The translations under genes and the position numbers were made by a program. DNA of 64,000 nt from Alphaproteobacteria bacterium (GTDB lineage Bacteria > Pseudomonadota > Alphaproteobacteria > G965222575): the NCBI GenBank assembly GCA_965222575.1, contig OZ244958.1:832001-896000 (forward strand), read 5' to 3'. Below are positions 10,133 through 20,206 of this stretch, one piece after another; within the stretch, counting starts at the first letter, position 1, and the number at the start of each line of letters is the position of its first letter. Under the pieces are notes generated by a model. The model did no database searches. It saw nothing but the letters and a program-made list of their open reading frames with translations, and was not told the origin of the DNA.

Positions 10133-11223
10133 GAGGCGTTAAAGTCTATCCTTGGGTCAATGAGGACATAACTGATATCTCGTAAAATGGCAGCTAATAG
10201 CCCTATCAGAGAGAAAAAGTACAACGTAGCGAACACAACGGGATAGTCTCTATAAATGATGGATTGATAGCCTAAGAGACCGAGACCGTCTAATGTAAAA
10301 ATTGTTTCTATTAACAAAGAGCCTGTAAAGAGCATGGAAATGAAAGCGCTTGGAAACCCGCTGATGATGATGAGCATGGCGTTTCTGAACACATGGCCGT
10401 AGAGGACTTTGTGATCGCTTAGTCCTTTGGCTTTGGCTGTATAGACGTATTGTTGGTGAATTTGATCTAGGAAAGAGTTTTTTGTAAACTGGGTGAGGAA
10501 GGCGAAGGAGCTGATGGTGAGAGCGATGACAGGCAGGGTCATGTGCCAAAAGTAGTCTAGGATTTTGCCGCTTAGGCTTAGGGTATCAAAATTGGCAGAG
10601 ACCAATCCTCTGAGGGGGAAAATCTGAAAATAGGAGCCGCCTGCAAAGAGGATAATCAGGAAGATTGCTAATAAGAAGCCCGGAATAGCATATCCGATGC
10701 TAACAATGAAGGAGGTGGCTCTATCGAAGGGCGTGCCGGAAGCAAGAGCTTTTTTAATGCCTAAGGGGATAGAAATGAGGTAACTGATGAGAAAAGCCCA
10801 AAATCCTAGAGAAATTGAAACGGGGAGACGTTCTATAATGAGTTCTGTTACAGGGCGGCCATACTGGTAGCTTTCGCCAAAATCGAAGACGAGATAATTC
10901 TTGACCATGATAATAAAGCGCTGCCCGAAGGGTTTGTCAAATCCATAACGGCGTTCAAGGTCTTCTATGATTTCCTGCGGAACCCCTTGTCTTCCTTGGT
11001 ACACTGAGGAGGGATCAGCGGCATTGGTCTGACTTCCTCCTAAGTCGCTTGAGATATCCAAAACATTACTCAAGGCAGTCTTACCGCCGATATTTTTCAG
11101 TTTCGCTATGGCTTGTTCAACGGGGCCTCCTGGTGCAAATTGCACAATGGTGAAATTTACCATTAGAATGACGAACAAAGTCGGTATCAGCAGCAAGAGG
11201 CGTTTAATCAGATACGTGCCCAT
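10129..11223 (-). CDS. yejB: Peptide ABC transporter permease YejB
   Basis: VQFAPGGPVEQ, YGFDKP, TKNSFLDQI, HVFRNAML. Confidence 0.9.
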   Translation of the reverse strand: MGTYLIKRLLLLIPTLFVILMVNFTIVQFAPGGPVEQAIAKLKNIGGKTALSNVLDISSDLGGSQTNAADPSSVYQGRQGVPQEIIEDLERRYGFDKPFGQRFIIMVKNYLVFDFGESYQYGRPVTELIIERLPVSISLGFWAFLISYLISIPLGIKKALASGTPFDRATSFIVSIGYAIPGFLLAIFLIILFAGGSYFQIFPLRGLVSANFDTLSLSGKILDYFWHMTLPVIALTISSFAFLTQFTKNSFLDQIHQQYVYTAKAKGLSDHKVLYGHVFRNAMLIIISGFPSAFISMLFTGSLLIETIFTLDGLGLLGYQSIIYRDYPVVFATLYFFSLIGLLAAILRDISYVLIDPRIDFNAS

Positions 11224-11241
11224 AGCATTCAGTACAGGAAA

Positions 11242-13074
11242 TTATTTTAGTGCTGGAACCTTGTCCGTCTTGTCTTTATCCAGCCACCAAGAGTAGAGGT
11301 CTAAGCCAAGAGCTGGTTGTTTTGGAATGCCGTAGACATCCCAAACGGCTACGCGGCTTTCAGGCACATAGAATTGGGGGATAACGTAATGTCCCCAAAG
11401 CAGGACTCTGTCTAAGGAGCGGACGGCTGGGAGTAGTTGTTCATATGTTTTGGCTTTCACAATTTTCGAAATGATACTATCAATGACAGGGCTTTGAATG
11501 CCTATAACGTTTTCGGAGCCGGGGATAGAAGCGGCTCGAGAGCCGAAGTAATTATACTGTTCATTACCGGGGGAAGCGGACTGTGGCATGTTATGAATCA
11601 GGATATCGAAGTCGCGTTCATTGTAGCGGCGTATCAACTGGGCTGTATCGACAATCCGCAAGGTGAGTTCTATCCCTAGTTTTTTCAGGCTGTTGCTAAG
11701 AGGGGTAATCTGGCGGGAGACCAGCTGGTAATTAGAGAGCACTTCAAATTTCACAGGAGTTTTTGTGAGAGGACTGATTAAGAGATCATTTTGAATGCTG
11801 TATCCTGCTTTCTTAAGAAGAGATGCTGCTTTCTTTAAGTTTTTGCGTTCACTGGAAGGGGGAGAGGTAGAAGGGGGACGATAGACTGTTGTGAAGACTT
11901 CTGGGGGCAGCTGGTCTTTGAAAGGATTGAGAATCTCAAGTTCTTCTTTTGTAGGCAAGGAATCTGCTGCGAGTTTGGAGTTATTGAAATAGCTGTAACA
12001 ACGCGTCAAGAGGCCGTAGGAGATATGTGCGTTGAGCCATTCAAAGTTGTAAGCGAGAATGAGTGCTTCTCTAAGCGCTCTATCCTGTAGGAGTTTTTTT
12101 CGTAGATTGAAGGCGAATCCCTGCATGCCAAAGACGCGTTGAGAGGGAAATATTAGCTTTTTCACATAGTTTTTTTTGATGGCGGGGAAGTCGTATTTTG
12201 TTGCCCAAGCGTTGGAGCTATTTTCAAATCTGACATCGAATTTTCGGCTTTTGAACCCTTCATGTATCGTAGAGTGGTCAAAAATTTCGTACTGTACCTT
12301 ATCAAAGTTGAAACGTCCCTTGTGAATAGGCAAAGAGACAGACCAATGATTGTGTTGACGCACCATTGTAAAGGAATGCCCTACTTTAATGTCCCCAAAG
12401 GTATAAAGACCAGAGGTAGGATAAGGGTCTAGTGTGATTTTTGATAAGTCGTGCGGTGACCAATAAGCCTTAGACAAAATAGGCAAGCTTCCTATGACAA
12501 AGGCGAGTTCAATATTTTGTCCATTCTTGAAGGAAAACTTGACCTGATGAGACCCTATGGCTTTCGCTTCTTTCACATCGCCCCACATTATTTTATATTG
12601 TGGATTGCCTTTTTTCATGAGTTCATAGAAAGAAAACACAACATCCTCTGCTGTGATAGGCGTGCCATCACTGAAGAAAGCCCCTTTTCTTATGGTAAAG
12701 ATAATCCAAGTGTTATCGTGCGCTAGTTCAAAGGACTCTGCTAGGAAGGGGTATTGAACGGAAAGCTGATTCACAGAAGAAGACATTAAGGTCGCATAGG
12801 TGAGAGAGTTAAGGGCTATGCCGTCTGCGATAAAAGGGTTGGTACTGTCAAATCTATAAGGGACGGCCATATGCAGTGTTCCCCCTTTAGGGGCGTTTAG
12901 GTTGATGTGGTCGTAGTGGGTAAAGTCTTTGCCATAGTTTGGTTTTTCTGTCAAAGACATGGAAGTTGCAAGATAAGAATGCTCTGTTTTCTGAGCGTCA
13001 TTGGGCAAGGAAATGACGGCGAAAGCACTGAGTGGTAAGACAAGCCCCCCTAAAAGTAAAAACCGCAACAACAT
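11242..13074 (-). CDS. yejA: Peptide ABC transporter substrate-binding protein YejA, copy 1 (intact)
   Basis: Signal peptide; NAPKGG, FSDGTPITAEDVVFSF, SPGNEQ and LDRVLLWGHYVIPQ motifs. Confidence 0.88.
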   Translation of the reverse strand: MLLRFLLLGGLVLPLSAFAVISLPNDAQKTEHSYLATSMSLTEKPNYGKDFTHYDHINLNAPKGGTLHMAVPYRFDSTNPFIADGIALNSLTYATLMSSSVNQLSVQYPFLAESFELAHDNTWIIFTIRKGAFFSDGTPITAEDVVFSFYELMKKGNPQYKIMWGDVKEAKAIGSHQVKFSFKNGQNIELAFVIGSLPILSKAYWSPHDLSKITLDPYPTSGLYTFGDIKVGHSFTMVRQHNHWSVSLPIHKGRFNFDKVQYEIFDHSTIHEGFKSRKFDVRFENSSNAWATKYDFPAIKKNYVKKLIFPSQRVFGMQGFAFNLRKKLLQDRALREALILAYNFEWLNAHISYGLLTRCYSYFNNSKLAADSLPTKEELEILNPFKDQLPPEVFTTVYRPPSTSPPSSERKNLKKAASLLKKAGYSIQNDLLISPLTKTPVKFEVLSNYQLVSRQITPLSNSLKKLGIELTLRIVDTAQLIRRYNERDFDILIHNMPQSASPGNEQYNYFGSRAASIPGSENVIGIQSPVIDSIISKIVKAKTYEQLLPAVRSLDRVLLWGHYVIPQFYVPESRVAVWDVYGIPKQPALGLDLYSWWLDKDKTDKVPALK

Positions 13075-13245
13075 AAATTCTTCCCTCCGGAATTTTGATT
13101 CTTAAAGAACTTCCTCTTTTTAGTGTATCGTGAATGTCTTTCCTAAGTAAAGCCCGAATCTTTTATTAGTGTGCGTACTATGGGTCTTGGGAAAGAGCTT
13201 GTGAGTGATGGCGTAATTCTGAGAGGGAGAAGGGTAAAAGCCCCA

Positions 13246-15101
13246 TTATTTCAGTGCTGGAACCTTGTCTGTTTTGTCTTTATCCAGCCACCAAGAGAAG
13301 AGGTCTAAGCCAAGAGCTGGTTGTTTCGGAATGCCGTAGATATCCCAAACGGCTAGGCGGTCTTCAGGCACATAGAATTGGGGAATCACATAATGCCCCC
13401 AGAGCAAGACTCTGTCTAAGGAGCGGACAGCTGGAAGTAGTTGTTCATATGTTTTGGCTTTCACAATTTTCTCAATGATACTATCAATGACAGGGCTTTG
13501 AATGCCTATAGCATTTTCAGAGCCTGTGAGAGAAGCCGCTTCCGAGCCGAAGTAATCATACTGCTCATTACCGGGGGAAGAAGACTGGGGGATGACATGA
13601 ATGAGCATATCAAAGTCGCGTTCATTGTAGCGCCGCATCCACTGAGCTATGTCGACAATCCGCAAAGTGAGTTCTATCCCTAGTTTTTTCAGGTTATTGC
13701 TAAGAGGGGTAATCTGGCGCGAGACCAGCTGGTAACTAGCGAGCACTTCAAGTTTCACAGGGGTTTTTGTGAGAGGACTGATTAAGAGACCATTTTGAAG
13801 GCTGTATCCTGCTTTCTTGAGAAGAGATGCTGCTTTCTTTAAGTTTTTGCGTTCACTGGAAGGGGGGGAGGTGGAAGGGGGACGATAGAGTGTTGTGAAG
13901 ACTTCTGGGGGGAGCTGGTCTTTGAAAGGATTGAGAATCTCAAGTTCTTCTTTTGTAGGCAAGGAATCTGCTGCGAGTTTGGAGTTATTGAAATAGCTGT
14001 AACAACGCGTCCAAAGACCATGGGAGATATGTTCGTTGAGCCATTCAAAGTTGTAAGCGAGAATGAGGGCTTCCCTGAGTGCTCTATCTTGTAGGAGTTT
14101 TTTTCGTAGGTTGAAGGCAAATCCCTGCATGCCAGAGACGCGTTGAGAGGGAAATGTTAGCTTTTTCACATAGTTTTTTTTCATGGCGGGGAAGTCGTAT
14201 TTTGTTGCCCAAGTGTTGGAGTTATATTCCACTCTGAGGTCAAATTTTCGGCTTTTGAACCCTTCCATGATTGTAGCGTCACTAAACACGGCATAAGTGA
14301 TTTTATCAAAGTTGAAGCGTCCCTTGTGAATAGGCAAAGAGACAGACCAGTGATTGTGTTGACGCACCATTGTAAAGGAATGCCCTACTTTAATGTCCCC
14401 AAAGGTATAAAGACCAGAGGTAGGATAAGGGTCTAGTGTGATTTTTGATAAGTCGTGCGGTGACCAATAAGCCTTAGACAAAATAGGCAAGCTTCCTATG
14501 ACAAAGGCGAGTTCAATATTTTGTCCATTCTTGAAGGAAAACTTGACCTGATGAGACCCTATGGCTTTCGCTTCTTTCACAGCGCCCCACATTATTTTAT
14601 ATCTTGGATTGCCTTTTTTCATGAGTTCATAGAAAGAAAACACAACATCCTCTGCTGTGATAGGCGTACCATCACTGAAGAAAGCCCCTTTTCTTATGGT
14701 AAAGATAATCCAAGTGTTATCCCGTGCGAGTTCAAAGGATTCTGCTAGGAAGGGGTATTGAACGGCGGGCTGATTTACAGAAGAGGACATCAAAGTTGCA
14801 GAGGTGAAGCTGTTAAGAGCTATGCCGTCTGCAATGAAAGGGTTGGTGCTATCGAATCGAAAAGGAATTGCTAAGCGTAAGGTTCCCCCTTTAGGAGCGT
14901 CTGGGTTGACGTGGTGGTAGTGGGTAAAGTCTTTGCCGTAAGCTGGTTTTTCTGCTAAGGACATGGAGGTAGCAAGATAGGACTGCGCTGTTTTCTGAGC
15001 GTCGTTGGGCAGGGAAATGACGGCGAAAGCAGTGAGGGTAAGACGACAGTAGCCCCTACTAGAGACAGGCTCTTCCCTAGAAGTTTTTGAAGGCTACTCA
15101 T
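13246..15101 (-). pseudogene. yejA: YejA copy 2 with a frameshift in the signal-peptide region (body ORF 13246-14964 intact)
   Basis: Highly similar to copy 1 at offset 2004 bp; ATG at 15101 (MSSLQKLLGKSLSLVGATVVLP) is out of frame by one base at the G3 run 15036-15038; could be an assembly error. Confidence 0.7.
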
Positions 15102-15121
15102 GACGATTATGGGGGGTGGGG

Positions 15122-15841
15122 CTAGCGTTTTTTAAGAATGAAATTTGGCAAGATGCCCATGCTGAGGGCGATGAAGATACAGAGGAAAGCATAGAGGAGG
15201 CTATGGTCTTTTGAGAATTGGTGGATGAAGGCTAGAAAGCCGCTACGTTTTAATTCAAAGGACAAGACAGAGGGGGGAGTATTGTTATTGGGGGCGGAGA
15301 TGCGTACGGTATAGTGTCCTAAGGGGGCTTGAGGGGGGAGGGTGAAGAGCATTTTGAAGAGTTCTTGGTCAATGACTTCTATGGTAGCGGGTTTGGGAGA
15401 AGAGAGAATGAGGTGGTGGCGTTTTAGGAGTTTTGTGAAGAGGGCTTGTTTGTCTTTTGTGAGGGGTTGATTTTTGTACAGTAGGGGCAAAGAGAGAAGG
15501 CTTGTCTCTTCTGTTCTATGAGAGGAGGGGGGGAGGGGAGTCTGTGCTTTGATGTAAAGCCCCGGAACGCCTGAGAGATACTCTTGTTTCCCTTTTAACC
15601 AGATGCCTTTTTTGTGCATGAATTGTTGTACGCTAATCAGTTGGGAGGGGCCTAAAATTTCTATGGTGAGGGAGTCAATTCCTTTTTGCTTGAGAGAGCC
15701 GAAGATTAATATGTCTTGGCTTTTGAAGGAGGTGGGAATGGTGAGGGTGGAGGGAGAAATTTCTGCTACAATAGAGGTGGCGTCCCCTCTTATGGGTAAA
15801 CAAATAAGAGATAGCACAACAAAAAGAAGAGAGCCTGTCAT
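15122..15841 (-). CDS. TIGR02186-like alphaproteobacterial membrane protein
   Basis: Signal peptide, DILIFG, GP...KKGIWL, LF...LPPQAPLGHYTV and C-terminal TM; adjacent to a TauE/SafE gene with ATGA overlap at 15841. Confidence 0.75.
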   Translation of the reverse strand: MTGSLLFVVLSLICLPIRGDATSIVAEISPSTLTIPTSFKSQDILIFGSLKQKGIDSLTIEILGPSQLISVQQFMHKKGIWLKGKQEYLSGVPGLYIKAQTPLPPSSHRTEETSLLSLPLLYKNQPLTKDKQALFTKLLKRHHLILSSPKPATIEVIDQELFKMLFTLPPQAPLGHYTVRISAPNNNTPPSVLSFELKRSGFLAFIHQFSKDHSLLYAFLCIFIALSMGILPNFILKKR

Positions 15842-16761
15842 GACATAGTGGGAGCAAGGGAAAAAGACCATAAACTATCAGGAGTTGTCACCAGTTGCCA
15901 AGCGAATTGTAAGGCAATGAACAACACTATAAAGCCTAATAGGCTACGAAAATGCTCTCCTTTTAACCACGGTAACATGGCTGCCCCTAGATAAGACCCT
16001 ATGGTGGCACCGAACATGAGCAGTGTTGCTAGGACAATGTCCACTGAATGATTGGTGAGACTGTGGGCAATGGTAAGAGCAATCATAATGAAAATGATGT
16101 GCAATAAAGAAGTGCCTACTGTTATGAGGGTATGAACACCAAGGATATAAATTAAAGCTGGCATGATAATAAACCCTCCTCCTATTCCCATAATGGACGA
16201 TAACATGCCTGCTGTCATGCCAATGCTGATGGGGCCTAGGGCGCTGATTCGAAGCGCTGATTTCTTGAAGGTTACCTTAAAAGGCAGTATGTGCATCAAG
16301 TGGTGGATAAAGCGATAACGTTTGATGCTTTTGTGCGGGACTTCCTTGCGTAAGGAAAGGAGGCCTTCTGTGAGCATCACAGACCCAATAATGCCTAAAA
16401 GCACCACATAGCCAAACCGTATCACAGTTTCTAATTGTCCTTGTGCTATGAAATAGTTAAATAACACAATACCGATGCTTACGCCTAGGAGGCCGCCTGA
16501 GATTAAAAACACGCCTAACTTGATATCCACGCGTCCTGCTCCCCAGTGCGTTAGCGCACCAGCTGTGCTAGCCGCAACAATTTGAGTGGCTTGACTAGCA
16601 ATGGCTACCGGCACAGGAACCCCTAAGAATAACAACAGAGGCGTTAGAAGGAAAGCCCCTCCAAGTCCGAATAATCCTGCGAGAACCCCTGTTATCATAC
16701 TAGCTCCCAGCAGAACGAACACATTGATAGGAATCTCTGCAATGGGAAGATAGATATTCAT
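15838..16761 (-). CDS. Sulfite exporter TauE/SafE (TSUP) family permease
   Basis: MNIYLPIAE start, GLFGLGGAFLLTP and MGIGGGFIIMPALIY motifs; multi-TM. Confidence 0.88.
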   Translation of the reverse strand: MNIYLPIAEIPINVFVLLGASMITGVLAGLFGLGGAFLLTPLLLFLGVPVPVAIASQATQIVAASTAGALTHWGAGRVDIKLGVFLISGGLLGVSIGIVLFNYFIAQGQLETVIRFGYVVLLGIIGSVMLTEGLLSLRKEVPHKSIKRYRFIHHLMHILPFKVTFKKSALRISALGPISIGMTAGMLSSIMGIGGGFIIMPALIYILGVHTLITVGTSLLHIIFIMIALTIAHSLTNHSVDIVLATLLMFGATIGSYLGAAMLPWLKGEHFRSLLGFIVLFIALQFAWQLVTTPDSLWSFSLAPTMS

Positions 16762-17046
16762 GAGTAAGAAAATACGAAAGTTTCTTGAAAAGGTCTAGTC
16801 TCTATTCTCTATTTTTTTCTCTTTTCTTTCAATGAGTCTCTTTGTTCATTGAGGGCGGTTTTTTTATTTACAAAAATCATGAGTAAGCATTACAATTTTG
16901 TGTTGAAAAAGGGTTGAAATATTAACAAAGAGAGGGGGGGTGCTTGCCGCTCTATTTCCATGGAATATTGAGAGAATTTGACAGTTTTTTAAGTCTTCTT
17001 TCCTAAGCTGTTTATCAGTGATGAAACGTTTAGGAGTGCGACCCGC

Positions 17047-17529
17047 ATGAAAAAGCTTCAGGTTGATAACGAAAAAGGAATAGCTGCTGTTATTGACGAG
17101 CTTTTTGCAGGGGGGCGGCTAGCCGATGGGTTAGAGTTGAGTGATGAAGAGCTAGAAGGTCTCTATGCGGCAGGGTACACCTGTTATAACAGTAGACAAT
17201 ATGAGCAAGCGTCGGCTCTTTTTTACTTTCTTTGCCTGATGGATAATATTCAAAAGAAGTACTGGTTTGCTCTTGCAGCGACGCAAAAGATGCAAAAGCG
17301 CTATCAGGAAGCGATAAAGACCTATGAGACGGTGGGGATTTTGGACATTTACAATCCGGCACCGCCGCTTCATGCTGCTGATTGTTATGTGTTTCTTGGA
17401 GAGAAAGAAAAGGCGCTCCGTGCCGTTGAAGCTGTGATTGCATTAGCTGCAGACAAGACTGAGTACCGGAAGCATTACGCCCGCGCCCGCACCTTAGAAA
17501 AAAAACTAAAACCCTCGAAAACACAATGA
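17047..17529 (+). CDS. T3SS translocator chaperone, SycD/LcrH family (class II, TPR)
   Basis: LEGLYAAGYTCY...YEQASALFYFLCLMD...YWFALAATQKMQKRYQEAI...NPAPPLHAADC. Confidence 0.9.
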   Translation: MKKLQVDNEKGIAAVIDELFAGGRLADGLELSDEELEGLYAAGYTCYNSRQYEQASALFYFLCLMDNIQKKYWFALAATQKMQKRYQEAIKTYETVGILDIYNPAPPLHAADCYVFLGEKEKALRAVEAVIALAADKTEYRKHYARARTLEKKLKPSKTQ

Positions 17530-17590
17530 CAAAGAACTCTTCTAAACGTTCCTCTCCTCCTCCTCCTCTTCAGACCCATGGGGGGATTTT

Positions 17591-18037
17591 ATGGAAGCTT
17601 TTACGGAGGCTTTTGACCAAGGGTTGACCTTAGCGGATATTCGCGGGTTAGAAGTGGAAGATTTAGAGAGTCTTTACTCTATAGGGTATGGGTATTTTGT
17701 GCAAAAGAGGTATCAGGAAGCTTCTAAGTTTTTTCAATTGCTGTGTTTTTATCACCATAAAGAGCCCCGATATTGGCATAGCCTTGGTGTTTGCAGACAG
17801 GCGTTGGAGAATTATCAGGGGGCTTATGATGCTTATGTGATGGAAATTATAGAGGATCCCTTTTCCCTTCGAGCCTATCTTCATGGTGCAACATGTGCGT
17901 TGGGACTAGGGAGAAAAGAGGATGCCCTCTTTGGCTTTCAAAAAGTCATAGAATTGGCTGATAAGACGAACACTCTTGATACGAAACTCAAAGAGCACGC
18001 TAAGGCGCAGGTCAAAAAAATCTCTAAGAACAATTAG
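17591..18037 (+). CDS. Second SycD/LcrH-family T3SS chaperone
   Basis: GLTLADIRGL..EDLESLYSIGY...YQEASKFFQLLCFYHHKEPRYWHSLGVCRQ; start could be 17526 if a G-run is one base short. Confidence 0.88.
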   Translation: MEAFTEAFDQGLTLADIRGLEVEDLESLYSIGYGYFVQKRYQEASKFFQLLCFYHHKEPRYWHSLGVCRQALENYQGAYDAYVMEIIEDPFSLRAYLHGATCALGLGRKEDALFGFQKVIELADKTNTLDTKLKEHAKAQVKKISKNN

Positions 18038-18051
18038 TTTACGCGTTTACC

Positions 18052-19248
18052 ATGACAACATCTGTAACAGATATTCCTAAGCAACCTCTTGTTGTGACGC
18101 CTCCTGAAGGAAAGGCGGAACAACAAGCGTCGGGACGTGGTGAAGTGGCCTCTTCTCCGGGAACGCAAGCCTCTACTGGTGGTGTTGCGCAACAGCAGCC
18201 TCCTTCTGCGCCAAAGACAACGCAAGTTGATGTCAAGGAAGTATTGAAACAGATAACGGGCAGCACAAAACTAGATAGTAATCTTGTGAAGGTGATAGAG
18301 CAAGCGGTGGGGTCTCTTGGGGATATTTTACCGATTGCTAGTGCTAGTCGGGGCACTCAAAGTACGGGCGGGAAAGGGGTTATGTCCTCATCGGTTGTGC
18401 CGTCTTTAGAGATTCCCTCTGTGGAGCCGGAGGATTTTGATTCTCTATTTGTGGCGTTGCGTATGAAGTTAATGAAGTTGTCTTCTGATACTTCTGTGCA
18501 AGACCTGAAAGGGAAGATGGAGGTGATGCGGACGAAGAATACGGAAAGGCAAAAAGACCTTGATGAAGTGGTGGAGAAAATAGAAGAGGCGGAGAGTCAG
18601 AGTATATGGGGCAAGGTATGTGGTTGGGTTGCGTCTATAGCGACGTTGATTGCGGGCATAGCGCTGTGTGTTGCGGGCGGGGCGGGAGCGGCGTTGATTG
18701 TGGCAGCTGTGATTAGTATTACGATACTTGCCTTAGAGGAATCAGGGGGTATGGACAAGATGGTAGAGGGTATGACACCGGGCTTTGAGGATATGTTGAA
18801 GTTTTTTGGTTGTTCTGACAAAGATGCCAAAGCTTATGCGGGGATGGCGGCACGGATTACAATAGCTGTTGTGGCCATGGCGGCTTCTATTGCGGCTATG
18901 GTTTTTACAGGGGGTGCTAGCGGTGTTCAGACGGCGCAACAGATTACAAAGCTTATACAGATAGCCCGCATGGTTTCCATGATGGCGAAATTGGCTTCTG
19001 CTGCTTCCCAGATAGCCGGGGGGGCTATACAGATAACTTCTGGTGTTGCGCGGGGGAAGGCTGCGATTCAGGAATCTGAGGTGAAGCTCATGGAAGCTAT
19101 GCTCAAGAAACTGCAACAAATGATTGAGATGAGTATGGAAGCCCTAGAAGAGATGGAGGAAAAGATGCAAGATTGCCTGCGTCGCGTCATGGCTATGCTT
19201 TCTGCGAGCAATGAAAGTCGGTCAAAAACAGTGGGGAATATGGCTTAA
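18052..19248 (+). CDS. sctE: T3SS major translocator SctE (YopB/PopB/SseC-like)
   Basis: S/T/P/Q-rich N-terminus, PSLEIP chaperone-binding motif (PxLxxP), coiled coil, IWGKVCGWVASIATLIAG hydrophobic hairpin, second TM, C-terminal coiled coil; follows SycD chaperones. Confidence 0.85.
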   Translation: MTTSVTDIPKQPLVVTPPEGKAEQQASGRGEVASSPGTQASTGGVAQQQPPSAPKTTQVDVKEVLKQITGSTKLDSNLVKVIEQAVGSLGDILPIASASRGTQSTGGKGVMSSSVVPSLEIPSVEPEDFDSLFVALRMKLMKLSSDTSVQDLKGKMEVMRTKNTERQKDLDEVVEKIEEAESQSIWGKVCGWVASIATLIAGIALCVAGGAGAALIVAAVISITILALEESGGMDKMVEGMTPGFEDMLKFFGCSDKDAKAYAGMAARITIAVVAMAASIAAMVFTGGASGVQTAQQITKLIQIARMVSMMAKLASAASQIAGGAIQITSGVARGKAAIQESEVKLMEAMLKKLQQMIEMSMEALEEMEEKMQDCLRRVMAMLSASNESRSKTVGNMA

Positions 19249-19303
19249 AAGGATGAAGTTTCTTAATGTGTATGATTTTTCAAAACAAAAAAATAGGTGA
19301 AAC

Positions 19304-20197
19304 ATGATTGGTATAGACCCCTCTTCTACAATAGCTCCGCCCGTTAGGTCTGATGTGCCTGCTAGTGGTGCTACACAGGCGAATCCGCAATCTTCTCAAT
19401 CGACTCCATTGGTGGCTGTGAATACAGCGCAACTCGGGGCGCCTTCACTAGCGCATAGCCCTACGGCGCTGACGATACCTTCTCCTATTTCAGGCATAGA
19501 TCAAGGGGACTACAACCGTGTGATGGCAGCGATTCGCACTTCAGAACAAGTAGACCTTGCGGCGGTGTTATCGTTATTGTTCAAAATGGCGAATTCTATG
19601 AAACAAATCTCGAGGGAATCGCGCATGAGTTATACGGCGTTGCAAATTGCGAAACTCAAAGAAGCAGCGGAAGATGGACGTCAAGCTGGTATTATGGGCA
19701 TGGCGGCTTCTTGTGCCTCGGGAGCGGCGGCGATTGCTTCAGGAGGAATGTCTGCGGCGAAAACTGCTAAAGCCGGTAAGATGGAGGTCAAAAATACGCA
19801 GGCTATGAGTAAGTTAAAAACTGATTTTAATACGACGAATAAGTCTAATACTGATTTGAAAGCCGGGAAGTTCACGCCGAAACAACAGCAACAGCTTATG
19901 AATCTGGAGCAAAAGCAAACGATTGCTATGCAAAAAGTGCTCAGTCAAGGAAATGCTCAAGCCCAGATTATGCAAGGCGTTGGAGAGATAGGGAAAGGCT
20001 CTTTTGAGTTAGGGGCTTCTGAGATGCGGGGACAACAGGCTGACACGGAAGCGGAAGCACGACATGATGCTTCCATGTCTGAACTAGAAACAGAGTACCA
20101 GAACCTTATGAAAGATATGCTACAGCAAATTTCATCGAAACTTGCTGCGATTCAGGACGCGGAACATGAAACGAATAAAGCCATTGTTAGAGCATAG
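19304..20197 (+). CDS. sctB: T3SS minor translocator SctB (YopD/SseD-like)
   Basis: 297 aa; disordered N-terminus, DLAAVLSLLFKMA helix, Gly/Ala-rich hydrophobic segment, amphipathic C-terminal helix; directly after sctE. Confidence 0.75.
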   Translation: MIGIDPSSTIAPPVRSDVPASGATQANPQSSQSTPLVAVNTAQLGAPSLAHSPTALTIPSPISGIDQGDYNRVMAAIRTSEQVDLAAVLSLLFKMANSMKQISRESRMSYTALQIAKLKEAAEDGRQAGIMGMAASCASGAAAIASGGMSAAKTAKAGKMEVKNTQAMSKLKTDFNTTNKSNTDLKAGKFTPKQQQQLMNLEQKQTIAMQKVLSQGNAQAQIMQGVGEIGKGSFELGASEMRGQQADTEAEARHDASMSELETEYQNLMKDMLQQISSKLAAIQDAEHETNKAIVRA

Positions 20198-20206
20198 GAG
20201 ATTGTT

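Noticed and set aside
16829..16926. Short inverted repeat (TCAATGA/TCATTGA) and tandem GTTGAAA upstream of the translocon
   Set aside because: Too short in an AT-rich intergenic region to support a regulatory call without comparative data.
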